A DNA stretch of 64,000 nt from Candidatus Saccharimonadota bacterium (GTDB lineage: Bacteria; Patescibacteriota; Saccharimonadia; Saccharimonadales; Saccharimonadaceae). Below, piece by piece: positions 28,890 through 38,403 of the stretch. Both the position numbers and the translations under genes were made by a program. The DNA is taken from assembly GCA_017512925.1 (NCBI GenBank), contig JAFWEN010000002.1, positions 160,502 through 224,501 of the forward strand. The letters run 5' to 3'. Numbering within the stretch: position 1 is the first letter of the stretch; every line of letters starts with the position of its first letter. The notes below the pieces were generated by a model. The model was not told the DNA's origin. It saw nothing but the letters and a program-made list of their open reading frames with translations, and did not search any database.

Positions 28890-30695
28890 ATGAATAAACT
28901 AGGAATAAAAGAAGGAGGGCATAATAGGCGACGATGCTTTGCAGTAATACTTCTGGTTTTGGGCTGTATATTATCATGTTTTACTCCGGCAGCTTCGTTT
29001 GCGATTGGTCCGGATGACCACGATGACATCTCTGGATTGTTGGACCCTATCACGGCTATATATCCATATTATGGCTTCGTAGAGAACCCGGATCATCCAT
29101 GGGAGGCAGTTTGGGATGCCTTAGATTCAACTGGCACTATAAATTATAGCGATAGTTATTTTGATACACCTTCTCCTGGTAATCATCCAGAGCTTCGCGC
29201 CGTTTCATACGCATTGGCTCTTGCTGGGTTTGAAAATGAGGTCGATGGCTATCCGTCTGATAGTTCTACACTAAACCCAAAACTTCAACTTTTCCTAGAC
29301 CAACTTGGTTTTAGTAATTATCAAAAATGGGATACAGCATCCGATGAAGATGGGCATTCTATGGGGACAACCATTGCGCGGAAGACGCTTTCGAACGGGC
29401 AAACTCTAATTGTTGTTGCTCCTAGAAATTATAATTATATGACTGAATGGCTTTCGAATTTTAATGTCGGTACTAGCGGTGATCATGCTGGCTTTAATGA
29501 ATCGGCTGGATATATTAAAGATAGGCTTGATGAGTACATTTATACCAATCATTTTTCAGATTATAAAATTTGGATGGTTGGTTATTCTCGTGGTGGTGCA
29601 GTAGTTGACCTTGCTGCTAAAATGATTAACGAAAATCTGTCAGATTATGATATGAAGGCAGATGATTTTTATGTCTATACTTTTGGCGCACCTCGTGCCA
29701 GCCTCACTGAGCCAGGTTATACTAATATTCATGATGTAAAAGATGGTAATGATTTGCTTCTCGGCTATGTTTTTCCAGAATTGTGGGGGTTTTATAATAC
29801 TGGCATCTATGAAGAAATTCATCCTGCTGATTTGGAAATTGCAACTTCTGTTGTCAACATCGCCGATCTCGCTAATCCTGCCACTGCTGCTAATATTCTA
29901 TCAGATAATGAAGGCCTTACTGAACAGGTTGGTACTATGAATGGTCGTGAATTTATGGATGATTGGATGTATTTTGTGACTAATAATGGGTTGACTCGTG
30001 AATACTTTGATGCTGAGATTAAAGAACCATTGTCGGCCATAATGAAACTATACCAAATGAGAACGCTAGATAAACAAGGCGATTTTACTGGATTTATTAG
30101 CGATACTAGCAAGGGTCTCGCTGGTATGGTGGCAGGAAACGCTTTCTATGATTTATTAGCAAATTATGCTGGTGATTTGGCCAGTTTTCCGGCTTATCTT
30201 GATTTGGTTAAGGTTCTAAAAGGCATTGCAACTGATGAGGATGTCGATGAGCTAATCGGAATTCTTACCGATTATATGGGGCAATATAGTGATTATGAGA
30301 CTAAACTTGGTCAAGCTCCAAGTATTAGCGAAACAGAGTTTGAAGCTCTTAAAGAAAACTTGCCAAAATTGGTTAAAGCTCTCTCGCCCATTTTGATTGC
30401 TGACGCTATTTATTCTCAAAATACATTCGGTGAAGACTATTCTCTTTATTATACTTATACTCTCATTAATAATGCTGAGAACTTAGTTATAGGCCACATT
30501 CCTGAGAGTATTATGCCAATACTAAAGAGCCTTATTCCAAAATCTGATGAGGATATAAAAGCCCCAAATTCTGGTTCGGCGTTTAGAGCAGAGCAGAGCG
30601 TTACTGTGAATTTCCAATTAGATATTACTGTTTTTCTTGTAGTATTAGCGATTCTTACTGGTCGCTACGTTATTAAGAAAAAGTCGCGTTGCTAA
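28890..30695 (+). CDS. Surface-anchored lipase (class 3-like alpha/beta hydrolase)
   Basis: Signal peptide; EWLSNF, HAGF, GYSRG nucleophile elbow, YTFGAP; APNSG + TM + KKK. Confidence 0.78.
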   Translation: MNKLGIKEGGHNRRRCFAVILLVLGCILSCFTPAASFAIGPDDHDDISGLLDPITAIYPYYGFVENPDHPWEAVWDALDSTGTINYSDSYFDTPSPGNHPELRAVSYALALAGFENEVDGYPSDSSTLNPKLQLFLDQLGFSNYQKWDTASDEDGHSMGTTIARKTLSNGQTLIVVAPRNYNYMTEWLSNFNVGTSGDHAGFNESAGYIKDRLDEYIYTNHFSDYKIWMVGYSRGGAVVDLAAKMINENLSDYDMKADDFYVYTFGAPRASLTEPGYTNIHDVKDGNDLLLGYVFPELWGFYNTGIYEEIHPADLEIATSVVNIADLANPATAANILSDNEGLTEQVGTMNGREFMDDWMYFVTNNGLTREYFDAEIKEPLSAIMKLYQMRTLDKQGDFTGFISDTSKGLAGMVAGNAFYDLLANYAGDLASFPAYLDLVKVLKGIATDEDVDELIGILTDYMGQYSDYETKLGQAPSISETEFEALKENLPKLVKALSPILIADAIYSQNTFGEDYSLYYTYTLINNAENLVIGHIPESIMPILKSLIPKSDEDIKAPNSGSAFRAEQSVTVNFQLDITVFLVVLAILTGRYVIKKKSRC

Positions 30696-30716
30696 GTAAA
30701 AATTGGATTTAGGATT

Positions 30717-30741
30717 AAGCTCGAATGGAGTGCGAAGCACG
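30717..30741 (+). repeat. Direct repeat copy 2 containing a GCGAAGC mini-hairpin
   Basis: AAGCTCGAATGGAGTGCGAAGCACG. Confidence 0.7.
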
Positions 30742-30802
30742 GTCGCCCCTCACCAATTCCTGACGGAATTGTCCAAAAAACGGGACATCGTTCTACGAAA
30801 CG

Positions 30803-30821
30803 AGTCCCACCCGGCTCACCA
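30803..30821 (+). repeat. Right att core (duplicated tRNA-Lys 3' end)
   Basis: AGTCCCACCCGGCTCACCA. Confidence 0.92.
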
Positions 30822-30841
30822 TTCGAACTTAAAGCCCTTGT

Positions 30842-30961
30842 TTTTTCCACAAATTCACCGTCTTTATAACACCACTTGCAGTAATCAGTGTTGATAGTGC
30901 CATTTTTTTCGGTGCTATACATGTCTTCTGATGTGAGTGGCATTGCGCAGCTTTGACAAAT
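30842..30961 (-). pseudogene. Truncated copy of the zinc-ribbon gene
   Basis: 35/40 aa identical to residues 5-44 of 23515..23772; native start and C-terminal half absent. Confidence 0.75.
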
Positions 30962-31076
30962 CTTTGGCTCCTGGTTCGCAGACGTCAAAAATAGTTGGGA
31001 AACGCGCAATCTTCTTGCACGAAATACTCTGTTATACTTTACTTTTTACACTAAATATGGTATAATACAAGTATAT

Positions 31077-34000
31077 ATGGTCAAGAGGATTGCGAGTTTT
31101 ATTACGAAGTATTGCTATGTCGTGTTTGCGGTTATTTTGGTGCTTGCTGGACTTTGTGCTTATATCTCTACGAAGGTGAAGGTTAATCACGATATCTATT
31201 CTTATATGCCGGAAAGTTCTGAAACTGCGCAAGGGCTTCAGATAATGAAAGATGAGTTTGGTTATGGTGAGACTAGTTCTTGGCAGATGATGTTTGAAGA
31301 TTTGACAGACGAAAAGGAAGATGAAATTAAGGAGTATCTTGAGAGTGTGGAGAATGTAAAGTCTGTCGTACATGATAAGGATGAAAATTACAATCAAGAG
31401 AAAGATGGTCATAGATATTCGCTTTATGAGATAACTTTGAATACGGGGGCGGATACGCCGGAAGCGAACAAGGCTTACAAAGAAATATATGAGCATTTTA
31501 AACAGGAGCAGGTATTCTCTGAGGCAGGGGAAGTTTACAATAATAATGCGACGGTGATTTCGCTAGGAATTACGGCTCTTGCGGTGGGTACAGCGATGAT
31601 TATTCTGACGGTGATGAGCGAATCATTTATTGAGCCGTGGTTGTATCTTTTTGCGATTCTGATTGCAGTGCTTCTAAATAAAGGTACGAATATAATGTTT
31701 GAAAATGTATCACATATTACAGATGGGATATCTATGGTATTGCAAATGGCGCTGTCTATGGATTATGCGATTATGTTATCATCGCGGTATCGTCAGGAAA
31801 GAGCTAAATATAAAAATAAAAGATATGCAATGGATCGGGCGCTCCGGTATTCGTTTGGTGCGATAGTGTCTAGTTCGGTGACGACTGTGGTGGGGCTAAT
31901 CGTGCTGGTATTTATGAGTTTTACGATTGGGCGGGATATGGGATTGGTGCTTTCGAAGGGTGTAGTATTAAGCCTAGTCTCAATTTTCACAGCTTTGCCG
32001 GCGATGCTCTTAATGTGTGATAAATTGATTGAGAAAACAAAGAAGAAAACTCCACATTTGAAATTGAAATGGCTAGGAAAGACGGAATATAAGTTTAGAA
32101 AGTTAGTGTTGCCGATTTTTGCAGCGTTATTTATCGTGGCGTTTTTCTTGAAAGGAGATACAGCAATATTATTTACGGCATCGGAGAATAATAAAATTAA
32201 GGATGTATTCCCGGCGATAAATCAGACGGCGGTGGTATATGAGAACTCTGAAGAAAAGAGAATGGCGGAGTTTTGCGATAAGTTTGCTGAAAATGAAGAT
32301 ACAAAACGGGTGATTTGCTATAGCAATACAATTGGTGAGGAAGAAAAATATAATGAAATTATCGCGAAGGTGAATGAGCTGAGCGGGTTGAAGGTTTCTG
32401 GACAAGGTGGTGGAAAAGGTGAAAAGGTGGAAGTGGAAGATTATCTAATGAAAGTGATGTATTATTTCTACTATCGCGAGGATAAACATGTGGTTAGCTT
32501 GCCGGAGTTTGTGAGATTCGTGCGAGATGAGGTGATGAGGGATGCGAAATTTGCGGATGAAATTAGTGATGAGACGCGGGCGAACATTGTGAGGCTTTCG
32601 CGATTTATAGTTCCAGAAGAGGCGGCTTTGCCACGGAGCAGGGATGAGGTGGCGGAGCTGCTCGGCGTGCCAGCTGCGCGGCTAGATGATTTGTATACGC
32701 TGTATTTATCGCGACATGGCGCGAACGTGCGGTTGACGCTGAACCAGTTTGGAAATTTCGTAAAGAATGATGTCTTGACGCATCCAGAATATGGTGGGAT
32801 GGTGTCGGCGGAGAATCGGGCGAATTTGGAAAAGTTGCTAACATTTAGCGATCCGGATTTGCCAGATAAGACGACGCCAGAGAATTTACTGAGATTTGCA
32901 TTGACGAATAAAATCGTGAGGAATGAGATGGGAGTGTCGGAAGAGGATGCGGAAAAGGCGATTCAGATTTTGAACGACGCACATGAAATAATTGAACCAT
33001 ATAAAGAGAAATATCCGGAACTTAGAGAATTATTGGAGCCACTCGAAAAAGAATATAGTTATAGTGAATATGTTGAATTTGGTGAAAAATTGGCGGAGAT
33101 GTTAAAGATGTTGAGGAAGCGAGCTGAAGAGATCGCGGAAAAATATGAGATTGAAATTGATTTTAGCAAGATAGACGAAATTGATTTGGAGGGTAAATTT
33201 GAAAAATTGAAGCTGGCGGAATATGTGGTGGATAATCGCGGACGGACATATAGCAGTGCGGAATTAGCGGAGACGTTTGGACTAAATGCAGAACAATTGA
33301 AATTAGTATACGGGTTGTATGATTACCGCTATGTGACTGGTGACCCGTGGCTGTCGCTTGAGAGAGTGGTGGATTTTCTAGTGAATGAGGTGTTTACGGA
33401 TTCGCGTTATGCGTCAAGGTTGGATGGGGAACAAAAAGACAAATTATATGTGGTGAATGATTTAATGCGAAATGCTAGGATGGGGACTTTGTATAATTAC
33501 GAGAGTTTGTATTCGGCACTGACGCCACTTAGTGACGGAATTGATGTAAATCAAATATTCTTGATGTATCTATATCATGGGTCGTTGTATGATTATGATG
33601 AGAATTGGACTTTGAGTCTGGAAAAGTTTGTGAATTTCTTGAACGAAAAGGTGGTGACGGATGCGAGATTCGATGCGAGGATTAATGAAGAAAAGCGTAC
33701 GACGATTGCGGAGGCGAAGGTGAAAGTGGATGATGCAAAGAAAATGTTGGTGGCAGAAAAACATTCGCGAGCGTTGGTTGAAACGGAATTGCCGGCGGAG
33801 GGTGATGAAACATTTAATTTCTTGCAAAGTGTGAAGGATGAAATTGGGGAAGGAAATAAGACGCAATATTTCTTGGTGGGAGATTCGGCAATGGCGTATG
33901 AAATGTCACAGAGCTTTGGTAGTGAGATGGATTTTATCACAATTTTGACTATGGTGGCAATTTTCGTGGTGGTAATGTTTACGTTTAAGTCTATATTGAT

Positions 34001-34421
34001 TCCGTTAGTATTGGTGCTAGTAATACAGTCAGCAGTGTATATTAATATGGCATATTTGTCACTGACTGGGCAGAGCATTTATTTCATTGCGCTGATTATT
34101 GTGCAGGCGATTTTGATGGGAGCAACGATCGATTATGCGATTTTGTATACGTCGTATTATTTGGAGCAGAGGAAAGAGCGAGGGGTGAGCGTACGGCAGG
34201 CATTGATTAAAGCGTATGAGAACTCAATCCATTCAATTCTGACTTCGGCAAGTATATTGATTTTGGTGACGGCAATTGTGGGGAATATGGCTTCGGCGAT
34301 TGCGGCGAAGATTTGCCAATCTATTTCGGGCGGGACGCTGGTGGCAACTTTGATTATTCTGCTACTTTTGCCGGCGCTACTTGCGACGATGGACAGATTT
34401 ATCGTGCGGAAGAAAAAATGA
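31077..34421 (+). CDS. MMPL/RND family transporter
   Basis: Two TM bundles with SMDYAIML and GATIDYAIL motifs; large extracytoplasmic loop. Confidence 0.9.
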   Translation: MVKRIASFITKYCYVVFAVILVLAGLCAYISTKVKVNHDIYSYMPESSETAQGLQIMKDEFGYGETSSWQMMFEDLTDEKEDEIKEYLESVENVKSVVHDKDENYNQEKDGHRYSLYEITLNTGADTPEANKAYKEIYEHFKQEQVFSEAGEVYNNNATVISLGITALAVGTAMIILTVMSESFIEPWLYLFAILIAVLLNKGTNIMFENVSHITDGISMVLQMALSMDYAIMLSSRYRQERAKYKNKRYAMDRALRYSFGAIVSSSVTTVVGLIVLVFMSFTIGRDMGLVLSKGVVLSLVSIFTALPAMLLMCDKLIEKTKKKTPHLKLKWLGKTEYKFRKLVLPIFAALFIVAFFLKGDTAILFTASENNKIKDVFPAINQTAVVYENSEEKRMAEFCDKFAENEDTKRVICYSNTIGEEEKYNEIIAKVNELSGLKVSGQGGGKGEKVEVEDYLMKVMYYFYYREDKHVVSLPEFVRFVRDEVMRDAKFADEISDETRANIVRLSRFIVPEEAALPRSRDEVAELLGVPAARLDDLYTLYLSRHGANVRLTLNQFGNFVKNDVLTHPEYGGMVSAENRANLEKLLTFSDPDLPDKTTPENLLRFALTNKIVRNEMGVSEEDAEKAIQILNDAHEIIEPYKEKYPELRELLEPLEKEYSYSEYVEFGEKLAEMLKMLRKRAEEIAEKYEIEIDFSKIDEIDLEGKFEKLKLAEYVVDNRGRTYSSAELAETFGLNAEQLKLVYGLYDYRYVTGDPWLSLERVVDFLVNEVFTDSRYASRLDGEQKDKLYVVNDLMRNARMGTLYNYESLYSALTPLSDGIDVNQIFLMYLYHGSLYDYDENWTLSLEKFVNFLNEKVVTDARFDARINEEKRTTIAEAKVKVDDAKKMLVAEKHSRALVETELPAEGDETFNFLQSVKDEIGEGNKTQYFLVGDSAMAYEMSQSFGSEMDFITILTMVAIFVVVMFTFKSILIPLVLVLVIQSAVYINMAYLSLTGQSIYFIALIIVQAILMGATIDYAILYTSYYLEQRKERGVSVRQALIKAYENSIHSILTSASILILVTAIVGNMASAIAAKICQSISGGTLVATLIILLLLPALLATMDRFIVRKKK

Positions 34422-34446
34422 TATAATGAAAGTATCGAGTAATTCT

Positions 34447-35094
34447 ATGGTGGTGAGAAAGCAAACGAAATTTTATCAGAATTATTTAGACAATAAACTG
34501 AACTTGAAAGTTTATCAGAAGATTGGTGTGGTGCTTTTGATTGTGGTGCTGGCTGGGTTTATCGGCTGGGCGTGGGAGTTTCTGATAGCGGAAATTGAGG
34601 GTGGGTTCCAGCATCTTTATGTTAAGGGCGGGAATTTGTTGCCATGGATGAATATTTATGCGTATGGAGCACTTGTGATTATGGCGGTGAGTTATAAAAT
34701 AAAGCGGTATCCCTGGGCGGTGTTTTTATTGTCAGCGGTACTATGTGGATTGCTGGAATGGTTTGCGGGTTGGGTAGTTTATACCGTGGGAAATGGCACG
34801 AGATATTGGGATTATTCTAATGTGTGGTTCGGGGTAGGAAACATTAATGGGTTCGTCTGTCCGGCAAGTAGTGTGGCGTTTGGGTTGGCGGCGTTAGCTT
34901 TAATCTATACGATGTTGCCGGCTTGTATTGAACTAGCTATGAAGATGAGTAAGCGGGCGTTTTTGACTTTAGTGATTACATTATTCGTGGTGGTGATGGT
35001 GGATGATGTGGTGAATTTGGCTTTGAAAAACATGAATTTGCCGACGGCGCAAGATTTTTATCATAACTTGGGCTGGGAATTTATTCAGACGTGA
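34447..35094 (+). CDS. Putative ABC transporter permease, paralogue of 12718..13353
   Basis: GGNLLPWMNIYAYG, YTVGNGTRYWDY, NINGFVC; start uncertain (34426 or 34447). Confidence 0.75.
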   Translation: MVVRKQTKFYQNYLDNKLNLKVYQKIGVVLLIVVLAGFIGWAWEFLIAEIEGGFQHLYVKGGNLLPWMNIYAYGALVIMAVSYKIKRYPWAVFLLSAVLCGLLEWFAGWVVYTVGNGTRYWDYSNVWFGVGNINGFVCPASSVAFGLAALALIYTMLPACIELAMKMSKRAFLTLVITLFVVVMVDDVVNLALKNMNLPTAQDFYHNLGWEFIQT

Positions 35095-35126
35095 TATAAT
35101 GTGATTATAATAACGGAGAATATTTT

Positions 35127-36953
35127 ATGTGCGGAATAGTTGGTTATGTGGGCGAGAAGAATGCTCAGAGTTTTTTAGTTTCTGGGTTGAAGCGATTGGA
35201 GTATCGCGGGTATGATTCGGCTGGAATTGTAACTTTGAATGATGATGGCGCAGCAACTTTACTGAAGGCGAAAGGTAAAATTGCTAATTTAGAAGAGAAA
35301 TTAGCGAGCAACAGGAGAGATGATAAAATCGGAATTGGACATACGAGGTGGGCGACGCATGGCGAGCCTTCGGAAGTAAATGCGCATCCGCATCAGGCGG
35401 GGCCGATATATCTAGTACATAATGGAATTATTGAGAATTATCGTGAATTGAAGGCGCAGTTAAAGGAGCATGAATTTGTCTCGGAGACAGATACGGAGGT
35501 GCTGGCGGCGTTAATAAATTCGTTCTACGCGGACGGAAAGTATCCGCTATCTAATGCGGTAGTACAGGCGTTGAAGTTGGTGAAGGGGACTTATGGAATT
35601 GCGGTGATTTCGGTGTTGAACCCTTCCGAAATCGTGGTAGCGCGGAGTGGATCGCCGCTAGTGATTGGCGTGGGGCATAATGAAACTTTGATAGCTTCGG
35701 ATGCTTCGGCGCTAGTGGGGCATACCAAGCGGGCGATTTATTTGAATGACGGGGAAGTAGCGACGGTAGGTAAGAACAGTATTGAAATAAAAACTTTAAA
35801 CGCGGAGCCAGTGTCGGCGAAGGTCGAGAAGATTGAAACGGATTTGGCGGCAATTCAAAAGGGCGGATATGAACATTTTTTGCTGAAAGAGATAATGGAT
35901 CAGCCGAATTCAGTGAGGGAAACTTTGCGTGGGCGGGTGAATGTGGCGAATGGTACTGTGCACCTGGGTGGGCCGGGGCTTTCGGAAACGAAGTTGCGTA
36001 AAATTAAGCATTTAATAATTGTGGGGTGCGGTACGGCATACCATGCAGGATTGCTGGCAGGGTATTACATTGAGCAATTTACGCCAGAGATTACGATTGA
36101 GACGGTGATTGCGTCAGAATATCGCTATCGGAATGCGTATATTCCGGAAGATTCAGTGGCGCTGATTGTGTCGCAATCGGGCGAAACAGCGGATACGCTG
36201 GCGTGTCTACGTGAAATTAAAAAACAGGGTGTGCCAACAATTGGGATTGTGAATGCGATTGGTTCGACAATTGCGCGTGAAGTGGATGGGGGAACTTACG
36301 TGCACGTGGGGCCGGAGATTTCGGTGGCCTCTACAAAGGCGTTTACTTCGCAGGTGATTGCAATGGTGATGTTTGGGTTGACAATTGCGCAGGCAAAGGG
36401 AGTAAAGTCTAGTGCATTAAGACCATATGTAAATGAAATTGCTAAAATGCCAGAAGCGATAAAAACAGTGTTGGATGAAATTCACGAGCCGGTACAAGAA
36501 ATTGCGGTGAAATATAAAGATTATGAACATGGAATATACTTGGGTAGAGATACGGCTTATCCGACAGCGATGGAAGGGGCTTTGAAACTAAAAGAAGTAT
36601 CATATGTGGATGCGAATGCGTATGCGTTTGGTGAATTGAAACATGGGCCACTAGCATTGGTGGATGATAGGTTCTTCGAAATAGCTTTGGTACCAGAGGG
36701 GGAATTATACGATAAAGTGATTTCTAATATTCAAGAGGTGCTGGCGCGAGGTGGGCATGTGATTGCGATAACAAATAATCGCGAGTTTAATTTGCCGGTA
36801 GAAAATGTAATAACGATTAATACGGATATGAGGATTTTTGCGCCGTTACTAATGAATCTAGCGATGCAACTTTTCGCGTATTATGTGACAGTGGCAAGAG
36901 GAAATAATGTGGACCAGCCGAGAAACTTGGCGAAGTCTGTCACTGTTGAGTAA
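35127..36953 (+). CDS. glmS: Glutamine-fructose-6-phosphate transaminase
   Basis: MCGIVG, LEYRGYDSAG, HTRWATHG, SQSGETAD, PRNLAKSVTVE. Confidence 0.98.
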   Translation: MCGIVGYVGEKNAQSFLVSGLKRLEYRGYDSAGIVTLNDDGAATLLKAKGKIANLEEKLASNRRDDKIGIGHTRWATHGEPSEVNAHPHQAGPIYLVHNGIIENYRELKAQLKEHEFVSETDTEVLAALINSFYADGKYPLSNAVVQALKLVKGTYGIAVISVLNPSEIVVARSGSPLVIGVGHNETLIASDASALVGHTKRAIYLNDGEVATVGKNSIEIKTLNAEPVSAKVEKIETDLAAIQKGGYEHFLLKEIMDQPNSVRETLRGRVNVANGTVHLGGPGLSETKLRKIKHLIIVGCGTAYHAGLLAGYYIEQFTPEITIETVIASEYRYRNAYIPEDSVALIVSQSGETADTLACLREIKKQGVPTIGIVNAIGSTIAREVDGGTYVHVGPEISVASTKAFTSQVIAMVMFGLTIAQAKGVKSSALRPYVNEIAKMPEAIKTVLDEIHEPVQEIAVKYKDYEHGIYLGRDTAYPTAMEGALKLKEVSYVDANAYAFGELKHGPLALVDDRFFEIALVPEGELYDKVISNIQEVLARGGHVIAITNNREFNLPVENVITINTDMRIFAPLLMNLAMQLFAYYVTVARGNNVDQPRNLAKSVTVE

Positions 36954-36978
36954 GTAGTATCTGTGATATAATATACTT

Positions 36979-38403
36979 ATGCGGAAAAAATCCGATTTTA
37001 TTCTGAGACTATGTTTGATTATTGGTGATGCGATAGCGCTGATTTTGTCGTTTGCGTTTGCGTATTTTGTGCGGGTACATGTGGACCCGAGACCGTATGA
37101 GTTTGAGTCGCAACTGTTTGACTTTACGGTGACGGTGGCATTGCTGGTGCCGATAATGATTATAATTTTGGCGGCATTGGGGCTGTACAAGAAGTCAATT
37201 TTCTTGGGAGCTTCTAGGTTACCAGAACGAGCTAGATTGTTGCTTGCTGGCGTGCTGTCGGTGGCAGCGTTAATTGTGTATGATTTCTTTAAGGGCGATA
37301 ATGTTTTTCCGGTGAGAATAATGGCGGTGATGGCGATGGCGTTTGCGGTGATTTTCTTGCTGGCGGAGAGGATATTGGTAAGGTTTATAATACGGCAGGT
37401 ATTTAAGAGTGATTATGGTGCGAAGCGAGTAGTGATAGTGGGAAATAGCAAGAATACAGAGTATGTTGCGGAGAATATCACGTCGAAGCCAGAGTTGGGA
37501 TATCGTTTGGTGGGGATTGTGGCAGGGAAGAAGTTTATTCCGAAAGATTTGAGAAAATATCAGTGCTCTTCTTTGAAGGATGCATTAAAACATCATCAGG
37601 TAGATGTGATTTTTCAGACGGATGAGAAGTCTACGGAATATGTATATAGACAGGCGATAGATAGGCATTTGCTATATTATTTTGTACCAAGTGAGACGGC
37701 ACTAAGTGCGCATTTTGGCGAGATAGAATTGATTGGTGATATGCCGGCGGTATTAGTAAAGCTAACGCCACTGACTGGGCTGGCGGCGGCGGTGAAGCGG
37801 GCTTTTGATATTGTGTTCTCACTGCTAACAATTATCGTGACGGCTTTGCCGATGTTGATTGTGTGGGTGATTTTGAAACTGTCGGATATCAAGGCTCCGG
37901 CGGTTTATAAGAGTGAACGATTGACGCAATATAATCGAAAGTTTATGTGTTATAAGTTTCGTTCGATGAAACCGGAGTATAGCGGGATGACGGCGGAAGA
38001 GGCGTTTACTAAGATGGGGAAGCCAGAGCTAATTCCGCGTTATCGCAAGGGCGGGGATTATCTAAAAAATGACCCGAGGATTACGAAGTTTGGGAAGTTT
38101 ATTCGGGTGACTTCGATAGACGAATTGCCACAGCTATTTAATATTCTGAAGGGCGATATTTCGTTGATTGGACCGAGAGCGCTACTACCAGGGGAGTTAA
38201 GAGACTATGGTGATAGATCATTGATACTAACGGTGAAATCTGGGTTGACTGGATTAGCGCAGGTGTCTGGAAGGCGGAATATTTCATTTGAGGAGAGAAG
38301 AGCGCTGGATATTTATTATGTAAAGAATTGGTCGCTGATGATGGACCTCGGGATATTCTTTAAGACGATTGCGGCGGTGCTTAGGGGCGAAGGGGCGAAA
38401 TGA
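36979..38403 (+). CDS. Polyprenyl-phosphate sugar phosphotransferase (WcaJ/CpsE-like)
   Basis: N-terminal TMs; KRAFDI, YKFRSM, DPRIT, SIDELPQLFNILKG, GLTGLAQ. Confidence 0.92.
   Translation: MRKKSDFILRLCLIIGDAIALILSFAFAYFVRVHVDPRPYEFESQLFDFTVTVALLVPIMIIILAALGLYKKSIFLGASRLPERARLLLAGVLSVAALIVYDFFKGDNVFPVRIMAVMAMAFAVIFLLAERILVRFIIRQVFKSDYGAKRVVIVGNSKNTEYVAENITSKPELGYRLVGIVAGKKFIPKDLRKYQCSSLKDALKHHQVDVIFQTDEKSTEYVYRQAIDRHLLYYFVPSETALSAHFGEIELIGDMPAVLVKLTPLTGLAAAVKRAFDIVFSLLTIIVTALPMLIVWVILKLSDIKAPAVYKSERLTQYNRKFMCYKFRSMKPEYSGMTAEEAFTKMGKPELIPRYRKGGDYLKNDPRITKFGKFIRVTSIDELPQLFNILKGDISLIGPRALLPGELRDYGDRSLILTVKSGLTGLAQVSGRRNISFEERRALDIYYVKNWSLMMDLGIFFKTIAAVLRGEGAK

Larger units (their letters stand above)
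13543..30821. mobile_element. ~17.3-kb genomic island integrated at the tRNA-Lys 3' end
   Basis: 19-bp direct repeat at both ends; recombinase at the left border; defence and surface-protein cargo. Confidence 0.9.

Noticed and set aside
30692-31009. 105-aa ORF in the ORF track
   Set aside because: It is a chimera of the zinc-ribbon fragment, the att core and the latent integrase tail; no credible start
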